The position numbers and the translations under genes were made by a program. From positions 1-36,644 of IMG/VR virus record IMGVR_UViG_3300037420_001937: 36,644 nucleotides of DNA; one strand, 5' to 3'. The DNA is from a virus. Lineage: Duplodnaviria; Caudoviricetes. Below are positions 34,299 to 36,644 of the stretch, piece by piece (the stretch's first letter is position 1; each line of letters begins with the position of its first letter). The notes beneath the pieces are model-generated. The model saw only the letters and a program-made list of their open reading frames with translations, was not told the DNA's origin and made no database searches.

Positions 34299-35048
34299 TC
34301 ACGCGGTCTGGAGGCCGTGCTGGTCCTGGTCTGCGGGCGGAGAAAAGTAGGTGTCCCAGCCCCATCGACGATCGCGGAGGCAGTAATGGGACCGTCGCTT
34401 GGACAGGTCCTGATCCTTGCATCCGGGACACACTGGCGGATCCGGCCAGCGGCGGAGGCCTCGACCGCAATCACAAGTGATCCGCAGCACCTTCCGGCGT
34501 TTGCCGCCGGCATGGCAGTGGCGGCAATGGACCGATGGCCGCGGGGCGGTGTCCACCTCGGACCAGGGCCAGAGCGCGTGCCCCATCAGCAGCACCGAGG
34601 GATAGGCCACGTCTTCGGGACGCAGCGGCAGCCCGCGGGCGCGCCGCCGCTCGGCGCGGCGGTTGACCAGCCGGGTCATCTCCTCGGTGAAGATCGCCGT
34701 GGCCGCCGGGCCCAACTCGCGGGAGGGAGTCCGCTCCACGGCCGGCGGCGGAGCGTCGTCCAGGATCCGGCGGCGCTTCCGGAGCCGGCGTTCCCACCGG
34801 AACGGCGGCAGGTCGCCGACCATGTCCAGGTCCAGGAGCCGGATCGCCTTGGCACTGAACGTCACGACCGGACCTTCCGGTCCGTCGCTCACGTCCAGCC
34901 AACCCATAATGTCTAGTTCACATAAGGAATCTGAGACATCAGACTCCGATTTCTCAAGCTGGACTGCGAGCGCGGCGACGCTCATCCAGGCGGCCGGCGC
35001 GTCGATGAGCGCGACCACCATCGGTGGCAAGTCGTGGGTGCGAATCAT
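34299..35048 (-). CDS. Winged-helix + Zn-finger protein, candidate late regulator
   Basis: WMSVAALAVQLEKSESDVSDSLCELDIMGWL; CRHC, CDC, CPGC, YCLRD; first gene of late strand. Confidence 0.7.
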   Translation of the reverse strand: MIRTHDLPPMVVALIDAPAAWMSVAALAVQLEKSESDVSDSLCELDIMGWLDVSDGPEGPVVTFSAKAIRLLDLDMVGDLPPFRWERRLRKRRRILDDAPPPAVERTPSRELGPAATAIFTEEMTRLVNRRAERRRARGLPLRPEDVAYPSVLLMGHALWPWSEVDTAPRPSVHCRHCHAGGKRRKVLRITCDCGRGLRRWPDPPVCPGCKDQDLSKRRSHYCLRDRRWGWDTYFSPPADQDQHGLQTA

Positions 35049-35230
35049 GGTGCGAGCCCCGGCGTCGGGGAATTGCCTATCTTCTCTACTCTACCATAGG
35101 CTCGATGTGACATGAGCCCTTGATCAGTACGAACGGGCTGCTAGACTGTCCAGGGCCGTTCGGGGCTGGACAGCGTAAAATGCCTGGCTTTCCGAAAGCC
35201 CCATCGGCATTGAGAAGGCGCAAGTAAACC

Positions 35231-35262
35231 CTTGCGCATCCGCAACGTTGCGGATGCGCAAG
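35231..35262. repeat. Perfect 32-bp palindrome, candidate serine recombinase site
   Basis: CTTGCGCATCCGCAAC|GTTGCGGATGCGCAAG, no spacer, 34 bp upstream of the recombinase. Confidence 0.9.
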
Positions 35263-35296
35263 AAACGGCGGTTCGAAGCCACTTTTCCGAGGTGCG

Positions 35297-36157
35297 ATGA
35301 TGACCAGGGCGATCCTCTCCTACCGCGTCTCGAGCGATGATCAGTCCGCGTCCGGCTGCGGGATCGGGGCTCAGCGGGATGCATGCATGCGTTACGTCGG
35401 CCGGGAAGGCTGGGAGGTGCTCGAGGAGATCGAGCGAGACGAGGGGGTCAAGGGAGAGACGCCGCTGGCGGACCGGCCCGAGCTGGTGGAGGCCGTCCAG
35501 CGGATGCGGCGGGGGGATGTGCTCCTGGTCTACAAGCGGGACCGGCTCTCGCGCGACCACATCGACCTGGCCCTGTTCGAGGCCATGCTCCGGCGCAAGG
35601 GGTGCCGGCTGGTCTCCGCCCTGGGCGAGGGGACCGAGCTGAACCCGGACGATCCGCTGGCCGTGCTGATCAAGGGCGTGGTCGACCTGTTCAGCAAGTT
35701 CGAGGTCATGATGATCCGGTTCCGAACGCGCGGTGCGTTGTTGGCCAAGCGCCGCAAGGGGGAGCGCAACGGCCAGACGCCTTACGGCTGGGACCTGCAC
35801 GATGACGGGCGCCGGTCCAAGGTCAAGATCGACAAGCGGACCGGCCAGGTGATCAGCGGCGGCAAGCCGATCGCGCTGGTACCCAACTCGGCCGAGCAGG
35901 CGGCGCTGCGGGCGATGGCCCGGATGCAGTCGGAGGGCTGCTCGCTGGCGGCGATCGCCGACTATCTCAACCGCCGGTCCATCTACACCAAGGCGGGCAA
36001 GCCATGGGCGCGCTCGAGCGTCAGCTACGTTTTGAAAGTGAGCGTCCCACTCCTTGAGGCGGAGCCCGATGGCGACGAAGCGGAAGGTCAGTCCACGCAC
36101 CCGGACCACCCTGGCGGACCAGCTCCGGGCGGCGATCCTGTCGACGGGCCTGTCTGA
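35297..36157 (+). CDS. Serine recombinase (catalytic plus short recombinase domain)
   Basis: YRVSSDDQ (catalytic Ser), DRPEL, LLVYKRDRLSRD, PYGW, SLAAIADYLN..T..GKPW. Confidence 0.93.
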   Translation: MMTRAILSYRVSSDDQSASGCGIGAQRDACMRYVGREGWEVLEEIERDEGVKGETPLADRPELVEAVQRMRRGDVLLVYKRDRLSRDHIDLALFEAMLRRKGCRLVSALGEGTELNPDDPLAVLIKGVVDLFSKFEVMMIRFRTRGALLAKRRKGERNGQTPYGWDLHDDGRRSKVKIDKRTGQVISGGKPIALVPNSAEQAALRAMARMQSEGCSLAAIADYLNRRSIYTKAGKPWARSSVSYVLKVSVPLLEAEPDGDEAEGQSTHPDHPGGPAPGGDPVDGPV

Positions 36158-36437
36158 GTACCGGCTCGCCGCGGAGGCGGGGATCGACGCCGGCAGCCTG
36201 AGCTGCTTCATGAGGAGCGAGAGGTCGTGGACCCTGGACACGGCGGACCGGGTCGCCGCGTACCTGGGTCTCGAGCTCGTGGGCTCGAGGTTTGTGATGA
36301 ACGCCCGGCCGGTCGCCCCGCAGCGGCTCCCGAGGCGCGCGGCGCGACCCTCCCTGGCGGCGATCGCGGAGGCGACCGCGCCCGCGGAGGCACCGTCTTC
36401 ATCAGAATCAGATCCCGCTCTGCCGGCGGAAGGTTGA
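36069..36437 (+). CDS. XRE-family HTH protein
   Basis: GGAG RBS; LADQLRAAILSTGLSEYRLAAEAGIDAGSLSCFMRSERSWTLDTADRVAAYLGLEL. Confidence 0.85.
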   Translation: MATKRKVSPRTRTTLADQLRAAILSTGLSEYRLAAEAGIDAGSLSCFMRSERSWTLDTADRVAAYLGLELVGSRFVMNARPVAPQRLPRRAARPSLAAIAEATAPAEAPSSSESDPALPAEG

Positions 36438-36644
36438 TCGCCATTCGTTGCGTTCATCCTCCCGCGTCGGACCCTGCCAGAGCTCGAGCAGCTCAGCGCG
36501 TTCGGCCACCATGGGCACGGGCACGTCCGGCTCGTCCTCGATCGGGCCCAGTTCGACGTCCGGGATCTCGAGCATCCGGGCCCACAGGACGCCGTCGGCG
36601 TCGACGGCCAGGTTGTCGGTCTTGTAGACGTACCACACCCTCAA
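36408..36644 (-). CDS. Hypothetical protein spanning the circular junction
   Basis: Frame stays open into positions 128 onward; possible leaderless GTG at 36638 behind the 122-160 motif. Confidence 0.55.
   Translation of the reverse strand: MRVWYVYKTDNLAVDADGVLWARMLEIPDVELGPIEDEPDVPVPMVAERAELLELWQGPTREDERNEWRSTFRRQSGI
36518..36644 (+). repeat. Terminal direct repeat, right copy
   Basis: Identical to 1-127. Confidence 0.95.

Larger units (their letters stand above)
1..36644. mobile_element. Complete temperate tailed phage genome (siphovirus-like), probable Planctomycetota host
   Basis: Terminase, portal, scaffold, capsid, tail tube, tape measure, integrase and replication genes in modular order; ends overlap by 127 bp. 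Confidence 0.95.

Noticed and set aside
35231-35262. Palindrome as a protelomerase telomere site of a linear prophage
   Set aside because: The tyrosine recombinase is a ~307-aa ordinary integrase beside a tRNA-like att, and no protelomerase or ParAB is recognisable
36518-36644. 127-bp terminal repeat as a biological packaging DTR or attL/attR
   Set aside because: Exact, equals a common assembler k-mer length and falls inside an ORF; indicates circularity only

Overview
A complete, circularly assembled genome (36,517 bp unique; bases 1-127 repeat exactly at 36518-36644, probably a k-mer overlap) of a GC-rich temperate tailed phage with siphovirus-like gene content. Several proteins resemble families I know from Planctomycetota, so the likely host is a planctomycete, probably Isosphaeraceae (recognition from memory, not a database result). 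Layout: a leftward block of exported and envelope proteins (322-3441); a ribbon-helix-helix (RHH) switch (3527-4037); an early rightward operon with a Rad52/Sak annealase; a two-gene winged-helix replication module with iterons (6683-8766); a degenerate tRNA-Thr(CGT) with its own promoter next to a tyrosine integrase; a second RHH gene with a small operon; a long minus-strand late region (tail, neck, fibre, capsid, scaffold, portal, terminase, lysis, regulators; 11904-35048); and a serine recombinase behind a perfect 32-bp palindrome. Best candidates for new biology: (1) a lysis cassette with no recognisable muralytic endolysin but with a matrix-metalloproteinase-like zymogen (cysteine switch intact) among holin-like genes; (2) a duplicated neck protein fused to a zincin peptidase with a small Cys/His partner gene, resembling a toxin-immunity pair on a non-MuF carrier; (3) a predicted trans-acting antisense sRNA made at the far end of the replication operon and complementary to that operon's leader; (4) an attP that may restore the host tRNA by supplying a promoter and the 5' half.
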